Below are positions 29,801 through 39,261 of a stretch of DNA of 64,000 nucleotides, piece by piece. The translations under genes were made by a program, and so were the position numbers. The first letter of the stretch is position 1. Each line of letters starts with the position of its first letter. The DNA is from a virus. The notes beneath the pieces were generated by a model. It ran no database searches. It was not told the origin of the DNA and worked only from the letters and a program-made list of their open reading frames with translations. The DNA lies in IMG/VR virus record IMGVR_UViG_3300042731_007021, positions 17,162-81,161 of that record; one strand, 5' to 3'.

Positions 29801-30255
29801 AGGCTGCCAGAATGGCTCAGATCATAATTGACACCCCGGCAGCAATATCTGGGGCATACACCCATGGGGCGGCCCTTGGCGGCCCCATATTGGGGGGAAC
29901 ATTTGCTCTGCTGGCAGCCGCCAATCAGGCTCAACTACTACAGCAAGCAAGATCAGCCACATTCGACGGAGGGGGAACCACTGCGTCTACTCCGGTTACG
30001 GCCGCCGTCCCCCAGGCGGCTTTGGATATCCCTCCGCAATCTGACGCCCTATTTAATCAAACTAATACCGGGGGGCAACAAAATACGGTGGACAGTTCCA
30101 ATACGGCTAACAGGGAGGTTAATTTCAACATTAGTGTGTCAGCGATCGATGCTGAAGGGGCCTACAATTTCATAGATAGGTACAAGAGTAAATTCGTCAC
30201 CCAAGTGCAACAGGAATACGATGACAGGGGTCGAAGGGGAGGTCCATTGAGATGA
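26803..30255 (+). CDS. Tape measure protein
   Basis: 1150 aa, Ala-rich helical; TP901-type core (GIKASRAGTTLR, RDSAGEMR, IFGVRA). Confidence 0.92.
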   Translation: MSFEIGLSTAQARAEVDSLNAKIIGLGRTADGASAKLRGSIGSMGGANELRNIQAAITGLNANLTNMNSQWTDTYTAASKNTKNLSAAVQNKTRVINTGRKANDAYGDSLLTVSQKAAVLRSSMLAMGTHVGIFTARTLLAATAAYGFTKAVKGVITVGASYTQSLAETSAIIGVNRSELEGLSNSMLELAEITKFTTTEVSQAATVLSKTGLKTEAVAAALPPVLNLAAIGSMDMAQAADIAANSMFGFRLQATDLEQVVDELAFVATNSNTSVRQLGMAMSYAAPVAAAANAEFADVVAMMGVMADSGIKASRAGTTLRRAYVNLLDPTPKVAEVLKDLGVQVRDSAGEMRGMVDIMADFAKAGGSAQDLTRIFGVRAAPGMIAIWKDVAAGIAGADSKLKDLIDRMGTEGVGASERMRNAMEKNLIDVWKKFESAVSVQATRAFFMIEEGLISDIEAMTEFVRTAGDVEIAVAQLKAEAESYSSIADSISSAVVSMEAAANSGEHLSELLTMIGTGLGSLGAYLRDLGINMEYIMKAAGARTAANIDIMKLEFKSAVISMKIWWEEFTAFLAVNMATALDTINNAYRSLILSLADMTRSAAGMSRDIGADSLGDQLDFISNRLTRIAGEVSNQAGSVEQASARKIKAMELERAELRSQMADHKLASEELVNQYEKEAVAKLNARDAAVKAAKDEILWNREAERIFAEMDRFNAPEASDATTKSRGVMPEGYGKDFVKSSKDSLKQLVKEQKNSIKASVDQIKHLEKLGHIDPFSALEAGIEKVRQALQLTDTEFKKQYSSLKDASDLMEQAGYHTRAKEIKDAAIDLAQSYGLQTEEFRKSIREQEQALDELALKYKQVYSGFGKHVEKVPSITGFKEGESFASNLRSEQRSPSEAFEKEQTEKLRLLDEAFQAQFNMQLDAQDRMYMSAAEYEARRTQLKEDAERERLSRSADFYRQEVMMEENLHIAKARALASGVAAYTAEGAKSSRKLFELNKAARMAQIIIDTPAAISGAYTHGAALGGPILGGTFALLAAANQAQLLQQARSATFDGGGTTASTPVTAAVPQAALDIPPQSDALFNQTNTGGQQNTVDSSNTANREVNFNISVSAIDAEGAYNFIDRYKSKFVTQVQQEYDDRGRRGGPLR

Positions 30256-30854
30256 GCGGTTCGTTCCCAACTTCGCCTCTGCCGTCATCCGTCACCATGC
30301 GCTCGACAAACACCAATGTAAACAGAAGTTACTCTCAGTCTGGGAAGCGTAATGTCAGGATAATTTCAGCGCAAAAATGGGCCTTGCAGGCCACGTTTCC
30401 TGACACACTGTCAAAAGACCAACTGATGCCGATATTCTCTTTTCTGGCATACCAGCAAGGTGGCTTTGACACGTTTACTATCACGTCTCCTGATTTATCA
30501 ACTCCAAGAGGAACTCCGACCGGCACACCGGTAGTCAACGGAGCTGATCAAGAGGGAAGGACTATAAACACGTCAGGGTGGACGGCCAATACAGAAATAT
30601 TCAAAGACGGTGACATACTAAAGTTTGCCGGCCATACTAAAGTCTATATGATCTATGGAGATGTCAATTCTGACGGATCCGGAGATGCTACCCTGGTCCT
30701 CACTAACCCGTTGTTGGAATCACCAGCCGATTCTGAATCTATCACTGTCAATGATGTTCCATTCACTGTTGAGTTGGTATCGGATATTTCAGAATATTTG
30801 GTAAGAGGCCCTCTCCTGTATAACGTTTCAATAGACTTATTAGAAGCCTACTGA
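30252..30854 (+). CDS. Distal tail protein (Dit-like)
   Basis: Follows tape measure gene; GDILKFAGHTKVY motif. Confidence 0.7.
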   Translation: MSGSFPTSPLPSSVTMRSTNTNVNRSYSQSGKRNVRIISAQKWALQATFPDTLSKDQLMPIFSFLAYQQGGFDTFTITSPDLSTPRGTPTGTPVVNGADQEGRTINTSGWTANTEIFKDGDILKFAGHTKVYMIYGDVNSDGSGDATLVLTNPLLESPADSESITVNDVPFTVELVSDISEYLVRGPLLYNVSIDLLEAY

Positions 30855-31657
30855 TGCGCCAGCTAAATTCTAATGTCTTGGCGGAAATCGCCAAATCAAA
30901 AACTTACCCAATCGTACTGGTTGACGTTAATCTTGATTCTGGAACCCAGCGGTATACCAACGCGCATGCTAACGTTTCGTGGAATTCAAATACTTATGTT
31001 TCAGATAGAAGACTCAGGGACTTTGGCGATATAGGAGAAGATCTGGAATTGAAGGTTGGCTCAGTGGCTTTCAGATTTAATGCTGAAGACCAAACTTTGC
31101 TGGCAACTATACTGTCAGAAAACCCAGTCAATCGGATTATAGAATTGCGCAGAGGGTTATTAAATACCAGCACTTATCAATTAATCCTTGACCCTATACT
31201 GATCTATGCAGGAAGAATAAAGTCATTTGAAATGGAGGAGGTCCCAGGGGGACAGTCAGTTATATCTTATGATACTGGGTCCATATTGGCCGACTTTGAT
31301 AGAACCGGAGGGCGCAGGACAAATCAACAGGATCAGGAACTTTACCTGGCTATAAAAAACTCAGGATATGGGACCGCTACATCGGCTAATGCCGGAGGAA
31401 CCATATTGTCTGACTCTTCGGCTAATTTTATGGTTGAAGGAGTTGGAATAGGGGGAACCATCACCAATGTAACTGATGGTTCTTCAGGCACAGTTACACT
31501 TATATCGTCCAATAACCAAATAGTCCATACTGCACTTTCAGGAGGGTCCGACAATCAATGGGAGGTTGGCGATGTGTGGCAGGCCTCGGCCCCGGTTGAT
31601 AAAGGATTTGAATTCGCGCACATGAACTTCTTTGATGTCAAGTGGGGGAGGGGGTAG
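30854..31657 (+). CDS. Tail tip/hub protein (DUF2163-like) with internal insertion
   Basis: GRRTN.QDQ ... DKGFEF...VKWGR split by a ~80-aa Gly/Ser/Thr-rich insert. Confidence 0.65.
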   Translation: MRQLNSNVLAEIAKSKTYPIVLVDVNLDSGTQRYTNAHANVSWNSNTYVSDRRLRDFGDIGEDLELKVGSVAFRFNAEDQTLLATILSENPVNRIIELRRGLLNTSTYQLILDPILIYAGRIKSFEMEEVPGGQSVISYDTGSILADFDRTGGRRTNQQDQELYLAIKNSGYGTATSANAGGTILSDSSANFMVEGVGIGGTITNVTDGSSGTVTLISSNNQIVHTALSGGSDNQWEVGDVWQASAPVDKGFEFAHMNFFDVKWGRG

Positions 31658-31660
31658 CGA

Positions 31661-34600
31661 ATGGGAAATATAATAACAGATTTTGTTGATGACGTATCTG
31701 ATGCCTGGAACGACTTTACTGAGGATCTTAGAAACTTCGTACAGGAAGGCATTGCAGGGCTATTCGGGTATGAAGAGCCTGAAACGCCTGACGGCACCTT
31801 AGTTACAAAGCAAGGCACTGTTCAGCCATTGCCGGTCATTTATGGGAAAAGGGCTGTAGGAGGTACGATAATCTATGAAGAAGCCACAGGAACTCAAGAT
31901 CAAAATTTTTGGGCAGTCTACGCTATCTGCGATGCTGATTACCCGATAGAAGGAATATCTGAAATATATTTTGATGATGTGTTAGTGGTGTCAGAAGGAG
32001 TAACAGTGCCTGGGACCAAGTATGAAGGGCACTTCCTATGCGAAATAACTAACGGGACACACTCAGGACAACCATTTACAGTTTTGGAGGCGTCCAGTGA
32101 CGGAAAATGGACAAGTGATCATAAGTTGTTAAATACTGCAGCAGTGGCAATTCGTTTCACGTGGAACGAAAATGTTTATTCAGGGCTACCAAAAGTTCTA
32201 TTCACTGTAAAAGGGATGAAGACCATTCTAGTAAATTCATTGCCTACAGTAGGCAGAGCCTATAATGATGACCCGGCAAACATTGTATTTGATTATCTTA
32301 CTAACCCCATTTATGGAAAGGGGCTAAGCATAGTAGACGGGGAAGATCTCAACATATCTACATTTCAAGACACTTTAGACTATGGGGACGATCTGATTAC
32401 CTCCTATTCCGGGGGTCCGTCACATAAACGATTCTCCTGCAATATGGCGGTTTCAACCGACAACAGCATCATGAGCAATATACCTAGAATATTGCAAACA
32501 TGCAGGGCTTCCCTCCCTTACTCAGATGGAAAGTTCAGCTTGATGGTTGAACGGCATTACACGGTAGCTGAATACCAGACTATTGACCCAACCCTAACGG
32601 ATTACTTCGACTTTAATATTGACAACATTATAGGTGGTTGGAAGTTCAAACAAGGAGACGTGTCGTCCAGGTATAATAGGGTCAAAGCCATATTTGCCGA
32701 TGAAGACATAGGGTATAAAAGCAATTTCGTTGCCGTAGAATCTTCAGCATTCAGGATAGAGGATGGCAGGCTTCTTGAGAAAACTATAAACCTGGCGGGA
32801 ACTACTAACAGGTACAGGGCTCTTGACACGGCATCCGTAGTATTGCGCAGATCCAGGCAGCAGATAACGGCGGCCTTTGTAGCTACTCAAGAAGCCTTGC
32901 AAGTGAGAGCGGGCACTATAGTTACCATTACCCACCCTACCCCAGGGTGGACGGCCAAGCAATTCAGGGTAGCCAGTATGTCGTTACTGGCCAGTGGCAA
33001 TGTATCTGTATCAGTGGTGGAACACGAATCTACTGTATATGATTTATCTCTGCCGAATGAATATGCCACTCCGGCAGACACCAACCTGCCTGACCCAACT
33101 GTAGTGCCTGACCTCACAGGGTTGACGCTGGTTTCCAACGAAACAGTTCTTATTATTGGCAATGACGGAACCTTGGTTCCAAGAATAAAAGTCTCGTGGA
33201 CAGCCTTAACAAACCCATACATTCTCGGATACGAAGTAGAGTATAAAAAATCTGCTGATAGCATCTATTTACCCGCCGGGACGGTCACCTCTGCAACTGG
33301 GACAGAGTTGTATATTGATAACGTAACGGAGTCGGTTGATTATAATGTCAGGGCAAGAGGGTACAATTCTGCGGGGTTTTCAGGAGCGTGGGTTTATGAG
33401 TTGAGCCATACAGTTGTTGGCAAAACTTCTAACCCTTCGGACGCCTCCTCGATCTCATTTCAAACCATTGCTGGGGGCATGCGGCGGATCTCGGCAGAGG
33501 CCACTCGCCCGGCGGACTTCAAAGGATTCTTGATCCGCGCCAGGGCTGGTTCCAGCTATACAACTTGGGGCGAACTCTCTGTTGCCAACGGCGGGTATGC
33601 ACTGCACGACGAAAACGACCCGGTAACCACCCTGCCATTCGAGACCGCGCTCATCAATGAAGGGTCGGTGACCATCGGCATCAAGTTGGTAGACACCTCC
33701 GGCAACGAGTCAGTCAACGCAACTCTGGCAACCTTCAGCGCCACTGCAAGTCCTGGCGATTGGGAGACGATAACGGGTGCCGGAAAGCCAGATGATTTCG
33801 CCAACTCAATAACCGACCCTAATTTCCTGCGCATAGTACAGGGGAATCCATCATTGTGGGAAGACGCGACCGCCGCCAACAATGCGACCTATGGCTACAT
33901 CGGGGAAAACAACTCGGCCGGCTGTCGCATAGACGCGGACGGGACGATAAACGACGTGATTTATGAGGGGTATTATCCGGCTAACCAAGGAGACGTTATT
34001 TATGTGTCGGCGCGGGTGTATGTGTCGGCGGATTTCAACGGCAGCTACGGTATCGCCTCAGGTACATTCGACAACTCATTGACAGAACTGCCATCATGGC
34101 CGGGCTATACTACAACTGCAGGAACCACTGGGGTATGGAAAACTATTACAGGGTCGTTTCCGGTTTCGCATGCATCTGCTGAATATACCCGTCCCCGGTT
34201 AACGGTTAGGCCAGACGCTACTACAGGTTATGTGAAATTCAGCAGCGTTTATTTGTCGCGCTCGGAACTCGGCGCAGACGTCACCGACTACGATGCAGCT
34301 GCAGCAGATGCCCAGGCCCGTGCCGATGCCGCGCTGGTACTGGCTCAGTCTTTCACCGAAAGCTGGAGTGATGAAGGCGCGACAGTCGGCGCGGATTGGG
34401 ATTTCAATGTCGCTAACCGGCCCGCCGATGCCGATATTTTGAACAGCGAACTGTTCCAGACTACCGATATCACCGTGACTGTCGGCACCGGCGGCGATTA
34501 TGCAACCATAAATGCGGCCATTACAGGATTGACGCAGCTCATTGCGACCAGCCAGGAAGATGGCTTAACCGCTACCATTAACCTGCTGGCCGGGTTTCAA

Positions 34601-35422
34601 ATAGATGAACAGATTACGGTCAATGGACTCAACCTGAGCTGGATCATTATTACCGGAGTCGATGCTTCGACCGATTTGCTCATGTCAGCAATGACTACGG
34701 ACAACGATCCCACCTCGACTTATCCCTGGGCGTTCAGTGCGCTTAACGGAGGCCGGCTACCTGTCATCGCACAGAATTTGAATATTATTTACTCTGCCGG
34801 CGTGTCTGCAGGACTGATCTCTGTAGATGGTGCCGGGTCTCTCGGTTATTTCGTCGATGGTTTCGAAACTCCGAATACCACTATTATGACCTATGGGTTA
34901 AGGGCAAATCATGGGGGCGTGATCATTGCCGAAAACTGCGATCTTGGGGCTCATCGGTTAAATGCCTATTATGGCGGAAAAATATATGCTGACGGCAGCA
35001 CAGCCAGGGGGTTGACAGCAAGCCAGGATGGACTGATATCCCTGCAAAATGGTGTTTTAAACACTGGGAATTATACAGGGAACGCCTTTTCAGCGGCCTC
35101 TTATGGGTCAAAGCTATTACTCGACCAGGTAACAATCAACATTGGCCGGACCTCATACAGTGCAACTTCCGGTCTAATATTGATCATCAACAGCAGCATT
35201 CTCGATATGGACAACGCAACGGTGACGGGTGATGAGTACCTGGGATATGGTATTGCCGCGAAGAACAGCAGTCAGGCATCTGTGAATAGTCTCGATTTAG
35301 GCGGTATCGGCGTCGAAGCATTCTCCGTCGAAAAGGGTTCCATGATGAATGCCAACGGCACCACCGGAACCCTCAATCAGAGCCCTAACGTCATCACGTC
35401 TGACGGCCTGATCTTCCGCTAA
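31661..35422 (+). CDS. Central tail tip/host-specificity protein (gpJ/Tal-like) with FN3-like, carbohydrate-binding-like and beta-helix-like C-terminal regions
   Basis: LPVIYG, DPANIVFDYLTNPIYGKG, FN3-like segment, VGTGGDYATINAAI. Confidence 0.85.
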   Translation: MGNIITDFVDDVSDAWNDFTEDLRNFVQEGIAGLFGYEEPETPDGTLVTKQGTVQPLPVIYGKRAVGGTIIYEEATGTQDQNFWAVYAICDADYPIEGISEIYFDDVLVVSEGVTVPGTKYEGHFLCEITNGTHSGQPFTVLEASSDGKWTSDHKLLNTAAVAIRFTWNENVYSGLPKVLFTVKGMKTILVNSLPTVGRAYNDDPANIVFDYLTNPIYGKGLSIVDGEDLNISTFQDTLDYGDDLITSYSGGPSHKRFSCNMAVSTDNSIMSNIPRILQTCRASLPYSDGKFSLMVERHYTVAEYQTIDPTLTDYFDFNIDNIIGGWKFKQGDVSSRYNRVKAIFADEDIGYKSNFVAVESSAFRIEDGRLLEKTINLAGTTNRYRALDTASVVLRRSRQQITAAFVATQEALQVRAGTIVTITHPTPGWTAKQFRVASMSLLASGNVSVSVVEHESTVYDLSLPNEYATPADTNLPDPTVVPDLTGLTLVSNETVLIIGNDGTLVPRIKVSWTALTNPYILGYEVEYKKSADSIYLPAGTVTSATGTELYIDNVTESVDYNVRARGYNSAGFSGAWVYELSHTVVGKTSNPSDASSISFQTIAGGMRRISAEATRPADFKGFLIRARAGSSYTTWGELSVANGGYALHDENDPVTTLPFETALINEGSVTIGIKLVDTSGNESVNATLATFSATASPGDWETITGAGKPDDFANSITDPNFLRIVQGNPSLWEDATAANNATYGYIGENNSAGCRIDADGTINDVIYEGYYPANQGDVIYVSARVYVSADFNGSYGIASGTFDNSLTELPSWPGYTTTAGTTGVWKTITGSFPVSHASAEYTRPRLTVRPDATTGYVKFSSVYLSRSELGADVTDYDAAAADAQARADAALVLAQSFTESWSDEGATVGADWDFNVANRPADADILNSELFQTTDITVTVGTGGDYATINAAITGLTQLIATSQEDGLTATINLLAGFQIDEQITVNGLNLSWIIITGVDASTDLLMSAMTTDNDPTSTYPWAFSALNGGRLPVIAQNLNIIYSAGVSAGLISVDGAGSLGYFVDGFETPNTTIMTYGLRANHGGVIIAENCDLGAHRLNAYYGGKIYADGSTARGLTASQDGLISLQNGVLNTGNYTGNAFSAASYGSKLLLDQVTINIGRTSYSATSGLILIINSSILDMDNATVTGDEYLGYGIAAKNSSQASVNSLDLGGIGVEAFSVEKGSMMNANGTTGTLNQSPNVITSDGLIFR

Positions 35423-35664
35423 AGAAACCGGCACACGCCGCCCGTATCCGGGTTATCCGGGTCAACGGCATCCACTCGCTTGAGCGGATCCGCATACTGA
35501 TCGCGCGGACTTTTATAATCGTTCGGCTGCTCGATCGGCACCGGGTCCGACCACTGTCGGCCTAGGTTGTTTAGTTCCTGTTGCCAAACCGGCGGAGGAC
35601 CGCTTTGGCAAGCTGTGATTAATAGTAAAGTGATGAATGATAACTTTTTCATGACATGCTCCAT
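35419..35664 (-). CDS. Small lipoprotein, antisense to the late operon
   Basis: MKKLSFITLLLITAC lipobox signal. Confidence 0.55.
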   Translation of the reverse strand: MEHVMKKLSFITLLLITACQSGPPPVWQQELNNLGRQWSDPVPIEQPNDYKSPRDQYADPLKRVDAVDPDNPDTGGVCRFL

Positions 35665-35808
35665 TGATAGTTAAGCTCGCCTATATTTGATATCATAAGC
35701 TTTCTGCGTGTTTATGTCAATAAGTTGGAGGCAACATCCATCGGGTCGTTGATAAGAGATCGCAGTTGCGCTACACTTCGGGCAATCAAACCGTCGGAAA
35801 AATTCCCC

Positions 35809-36357
35809 ATGTCCATGGTATGTATCTCCGCAGGGCACAACCCGGACAAGAAGGGTGCCAGCTTTAACGGGTTTTATGAGCACGACGAAGCCTGGGAGTG
35901 GGCCATGGAATTGGTCACCCTGGTCAGCGAAAAGTACACGGTTGACCTAGTGCCAACCGGGGCGTTAAAAGCCAAGGTAGATTTTATAAATACGGCCAAA
36001 CCAGACTTGGCTATGGAGATCCACTTCAACTCTGCCGTCAATTCAGAGGGTGAACACACAGGATCAGGGTCAGAGACGCTTTATTACCCAGGCAGCAACC
36101 GCGGCATGCGGGCAGCAAAGATAGTGCAAAGTCATTTGTCACCCATATTCAGCCCTGATCGCGGTGTAAAAGAAGGGTATTACCAATTAAACCCGTCCAA
36201 ACCGCCCGACTACTTTCTCCGTAAAACCAACTGTCTGTCTCTTATCGTAGAACCTGAGTTCATCCACAAAAAAGTATTGATACAGGAACACCGAGAAGCT
36301 GGCTGCAAGGCCTTAAACGCAGCTATTTCAGAAATCCTGGAGCTTATTTCACGATGA
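35809..36357 (+). CDS. Endolysin, N-acetylmuramoyl-L-alanine amidase (Amidase_3)
   Basis: SAGH...YEH...EIHFNS...GSETLY...VEPEF zinc/catalytic residues; start revised to 35809. Confidence 0.88.
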   Translation: MSMVCISAGHNPDKKGASFNGFYEHDEAWEWAMELVTLVSEKYTVDLVPTGALKAKVDFINTAKPDLAMEIHFNSAVNSEGEHTGSGSETLYYPGSNRGMRAAKIVQSHLSPIFSPDRGVKEGYYQLNPSKPPDYFLRKTNCLSLIVEPEFIHKKVLIQEHREAGCKALNAAISEILELISR

Positions 36358-36767
36358 TTAAGGCTATCATTGCAATCGTTATTCTGGCAGTATTTTCTGG
36401 CGTTTCGGCTTTTGCTGTAAAACTGTATACCGAAAGAGACCAGTTTCAGAAAGATTTAGCTGTAGCCGAAAGCGCAAATGCAACTCTGAATTCAGAAATG
36501 GACAGGTTGAACAGTCTGGTGGCTGAGAAGGAAGCGCAGATTATCCGCCGCGACAAGTTTATCAAATCCCAAAAAGCTCAGACGCAGGAGAATGAACGTG
36601 AACTTGAACAGGCTCAGAAAGAGCTTACCGACAAAGAGCTTGAATGCCTTAATTCCAGCGTTCCTGCTCCTATCATTGACTTCATGCGTATCAAGCCATT
36701 GTCCAACAGTAGTGGAGCCAAAGATCATCAAGTTGTGTCCAAGCCCTCTTCTGTACTCGGAGGTTGA
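36354..36767 (+). CDS. i-spanin (Rz-like)
   Basis: N-terminal TM helix plus coiled coil, directly after endolysin. Confidence 0.8.
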   Translation: MIKAIIAIVILAVFSGVSAFAVKLYTERDQFQKDLAVAESANATLNSEMDRLNSLVAEKEAQIIRRDKFIKSQKAQTQENERELEQAQKELTDKELECLNSSVPAPIIDFMRIKPLSNSSGAKDHQVVSKPSSVLGG

Positions 36768-36891
36768 GATTACAGGATTTTTCGGGGGTTCGTGGGGGGA
36801 TTTGGCGAAATATGCTAAAGGACTTCAGTCAGATGCCCAATTAATGGCGTTCGATCGTAGGGAGATAGCGGGGTTCTGCGAAGGTGAATAG
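36592..36891 (+). CDS. o-spanin (Rz1-like) lipoprotein overlapping the i-spanin gene
   Basis: LLLLSLTSC lipobox, Pro/Cys-rich, alternative frame; exact start uncertain. Confidence 0.75.
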   Translation: MNVNLNRLRKSLPTKSLNALIPAFLLLSLTSCVSSHCPTVVEPKIIKLCPSPLLYSEVEITGFFGGSWGDLAKYAKGLQSDAQLMAFDRREIAGFCEGE

Positions 36892-37372
36892 TCAGGAAAT
36901 TCATAGAGAGGACCACGATTTATTGGCCAGTATGGATACCCGCCTGGTCTTGGTTGAAAAGGAGTTGGAACGCATGGCCGGCATGAGAAAGTTGTTGTGG
37001 TCTACCCTGGTTTTGGTACTCATTCAAGGGGCTGTAGCAGTTTATGGATTCGGCCGAGCCATACAAAAGTTAGAATCCATTGATCCGTCAGTAATAAAAA
37101 CTGACATTTCAACTATATATGACAAACAACTATCTGCTATCCGGGATGAGCAGAGCCGACTCACTTCTTCAAGCGACAGGCTATGGGAGGCCTATAACGG
37201 GTTGAGGGACGTGATGGCTGTAAAAGACAGAGACACTTGCACCCGAGAAGAAGCGCGACAGATTCGTTCTGAAATTAACTCCACTGTAGAACAACTGCAA
37301 AACAGAGTTTTACGTCTTGAAGACGGAGCCCTTAACAATGGCAATAGAAAGTACAGCAACGGTCACTACTAA
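36884..37372 (+). CDS. Membrane-anchored coiled-coil protein (lysis-associated)
   Basis: Single TM helix plus coiled coil. Confidence 0.6.
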   Translation: MNSQEIHREDHDLLASMDTRLVLVEKELERMAGMRKLLWSTLVLVLIQGAVAVYGFGRAIQKLESIDPSVIKTDISTIYDKQLSAIRDEQSRLTSSSDRLWEAYNGLRDVMAVKDRDTCTREEARQIRSEINSTVEQLQNRVLRLEDGALNNGNRKYSNGHY

Positions 37373-37811
37373 CGTCAATGTTGATGCAAACGTAGACCTT
37401 ACTTCTCAGATAATGGGGATCCTAGGTGACGTAGTGCAGTCCACCGGCATCTGGCTCCCCATGGCGCTTCTGGTATCCATTGTGCTGGTTCAGGGGATCA
37501 AAATGCTGCTGAAGTCCTTGATACCACTGGAATGGAAGCAGTATAGAAAATTTGCTACCTTTATAATTGCCTATGTCTTAGGGTTTATAGTTGGCGTTTA
37601 TTTTATTCCAGGTGACGATTCTACCAAATACGCAGCTTTTGTGGGGGCTGTAAACCCCTCTGTATATTTTATTCTGGTTCAATATGCTGTAGCACGTAAT
37701 AGGATCGTTCTGCTTTCCTGGCTGAAGATGCGTCCTTTAAAACGAAGCATTGAAGGCGAATTGTCTTTGGAGGATACTCAAACCTTTATTGTAAAACAGC
37801 CGAAAAAGTAA
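37338..37811 (+). CDS. Putative holin
   Basis: Three TM segments and basic C-terminus in the lysis cluster. Confidence 0.55.
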   Translation: MAIESTATVTTNVNVDANVDLTSQIMGILGDVVQSTGIWLPMALLVSIVLVQGIKMLLKSLIPLEWKQYRKFATFIIAYVLGFIVGVYFIPGDDSTKYAAFVGAVNPSVYFILVQYAVARNRIVLLSWLKMRPLKRSIEGELSLEDTQTFIVKQPKK

Positions 37812-37948
37812 TACTGTTACTTTGCTGTGTGTTGAAACTGTATTAAATTGTTCATCTATTACTGGAAGATATAAAATGAAATTTACTATTTTCGCTGCAG
37901 CGTTGTTGCAGCAGGTCTGCATCAACGAAAAAGAGAGGTATTTTTGCT

Positions 37949-38437
37949 ATGAATAAGTCCGCCGAGGATTTTAACGGCACCCATATCCACGAAGTGTGGG
38001 ATTCCAGGCTATCAAAAGCTGCTCCGACTATATATAACCCGGAGGGCGGGACGTGGTTTTGTCGCATCCATGCACATGATGGCAGCGGGGTGCTGGCCGA
38101 ATACGATACCGGTATCAAGGTCGTGCCTGGCGACGACGATGACCGATCGGCATTTAAAGAAATTTACGCTTGGTTGCACTCAGTGCGGGACGAATTCTCG
38201 CGGGACGACATTGATGAGCAAAAAGAGATATTATCTCTGCGACGAGCCTGTGATGAAGAGTTACACTCCCTCAACAAGCAACTAGCTGATGAGTGGAATG
38301 CAAACGGGGGCAAAAAAACCTCCAAATATTACGAACTCAAAGGTCGCTATAATGAGCAACTGATGAAAAACAAGGAACTGATCCAGCAAGCGAAAGCGTT
38401 AGCGGCTGAAAAATTTGAACAGCGGATGGAGGGTTAG
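37949..38437 (+). CDS. Hypothetical protein
   Basis: 162-aa ORF, GAGG RBS. Confidence 0.7.
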   Translation: MNKSAEDFNGTHIHEVWDSRLSKAAPTIYNPEGGTWFCRIHAHDGSGVLAEYDTGIKVVPGDDDDRSAFKEIYAWLHSVRDEFSRDDIDEQKEILSLRRACDEELHSLNKQLADEWNANGGKKTSKYYELKGRYNEQLMKNKELIQQAKALAAEKFEQRMEG

Positions 38438-38440
38438 GAT

Positions 38441-38839
38441 ATGAGTATTTTTAGGTCAGACGCGTATCGTACGGCCCGCGGGAATGTCCACAATACCCAA
38501 CGCGGCACCAGCGCCCTACTTAGGGTACGCACTGGTGCAGCTAATGGCGTAGGCGGGGCGGGAACGCTGCTTGGAGAATTAACTGGCAACGCCGCTGGAT
38601 GGGGGTCCACGGTGGCCGGCGTTAATACGGCGAACGCCATCACAGCCGACTCCAGCGCAGACGCTACCGGGACTGCAGGCCATATAGAGATATTGACATC
38701 CGCAGCATTGTGGCTGGAATCTCGTGACTTGAATACCGGTGACGGGGCAACCATCGATAATGCGTCAATTGTTGCGGGCCAGCCAATTCAATTATCTGGG
38801 GATTTCACCATCACCGAGCCGCATGACGACGGCGTATAA
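38441..38839 (+). CDS. Putative virion structural protein (fibre-associated)
   Basis: Gly/Ala/Thr-rich; ADATGTAGH...SIVAGQPI pattern typical of small phage virion proteins. Confidence 0.6.
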   Translation: MSIFRSDAYRTARGNVHNTQRGTSALLRVRTGAANGVGGAGTLLGELTGNAAGWGSTVAGVNTANAITADSSADATGTAGHIEILTSAALWLESRDLNTGDGATIDNASIVAGQPIQLSGDFTITEPHDDGV

Positions 38840-38862
38840 ACTGATTTAAGTGAGGAAATAAC

Positions 38863-39252
38863 ATGAAAAAATTATTTTATGCAGCGGCATTTATTGCTGG
38901 ATTGGCGCTGCTCCAAGGGTGTAGTGATACTGTTGCACAATCACCGACTCCGCATCATTTCACCGTAGTTCCTGCGGATGAAATGGCGCTGGAGTTTACA
39001 ATCTATTGTGGGCAGGCATCGGGGGCCTATACCCAGAATGTAAACATCCCATCTGACAGCACCAACCGGGCTAACCCGGTATCCATCGATGTGATAGATG
39101 TACATTTACCAGACGGCGGTAATTATTGTGCAGCAACAGCGCGTAACTTTAGGGGAGAGTCTGGCTACACACCAGAGATATTTGTAACAATACAGGATGG
39201 GGATCTTTTGACCGGCCCACCATCAACACCCTCACAACTAACAGTCGATTAG
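38863..39252 (+). CDS. Lipoprotein with FN3-like domain
   Basis: LALLQGC lipobox; YCAATARNFRGESGYT FN3-like motif. Confidence 0.65.
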   Translation: MKKLFYAAAFIAGLALLQGCSDTVAQSPTPHHFTVVPADEMALEFTIYCGQASGAYTQNVNIPSDSTNRANPVSIDVIDVHLPDGGNYCAATARNFRGESGYTPEIFVTIQDGDLLTGPPSTPSQLTVD

Positions 39253-39261
39253 GAGTAAACC

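Noticed and set aside
35671-35883. 70-aa minus-strand ORF with CPKC
   Set aside because: Overlaps the endolysin start on the opposite strand and has no clear RBS; probably a shadow ORF
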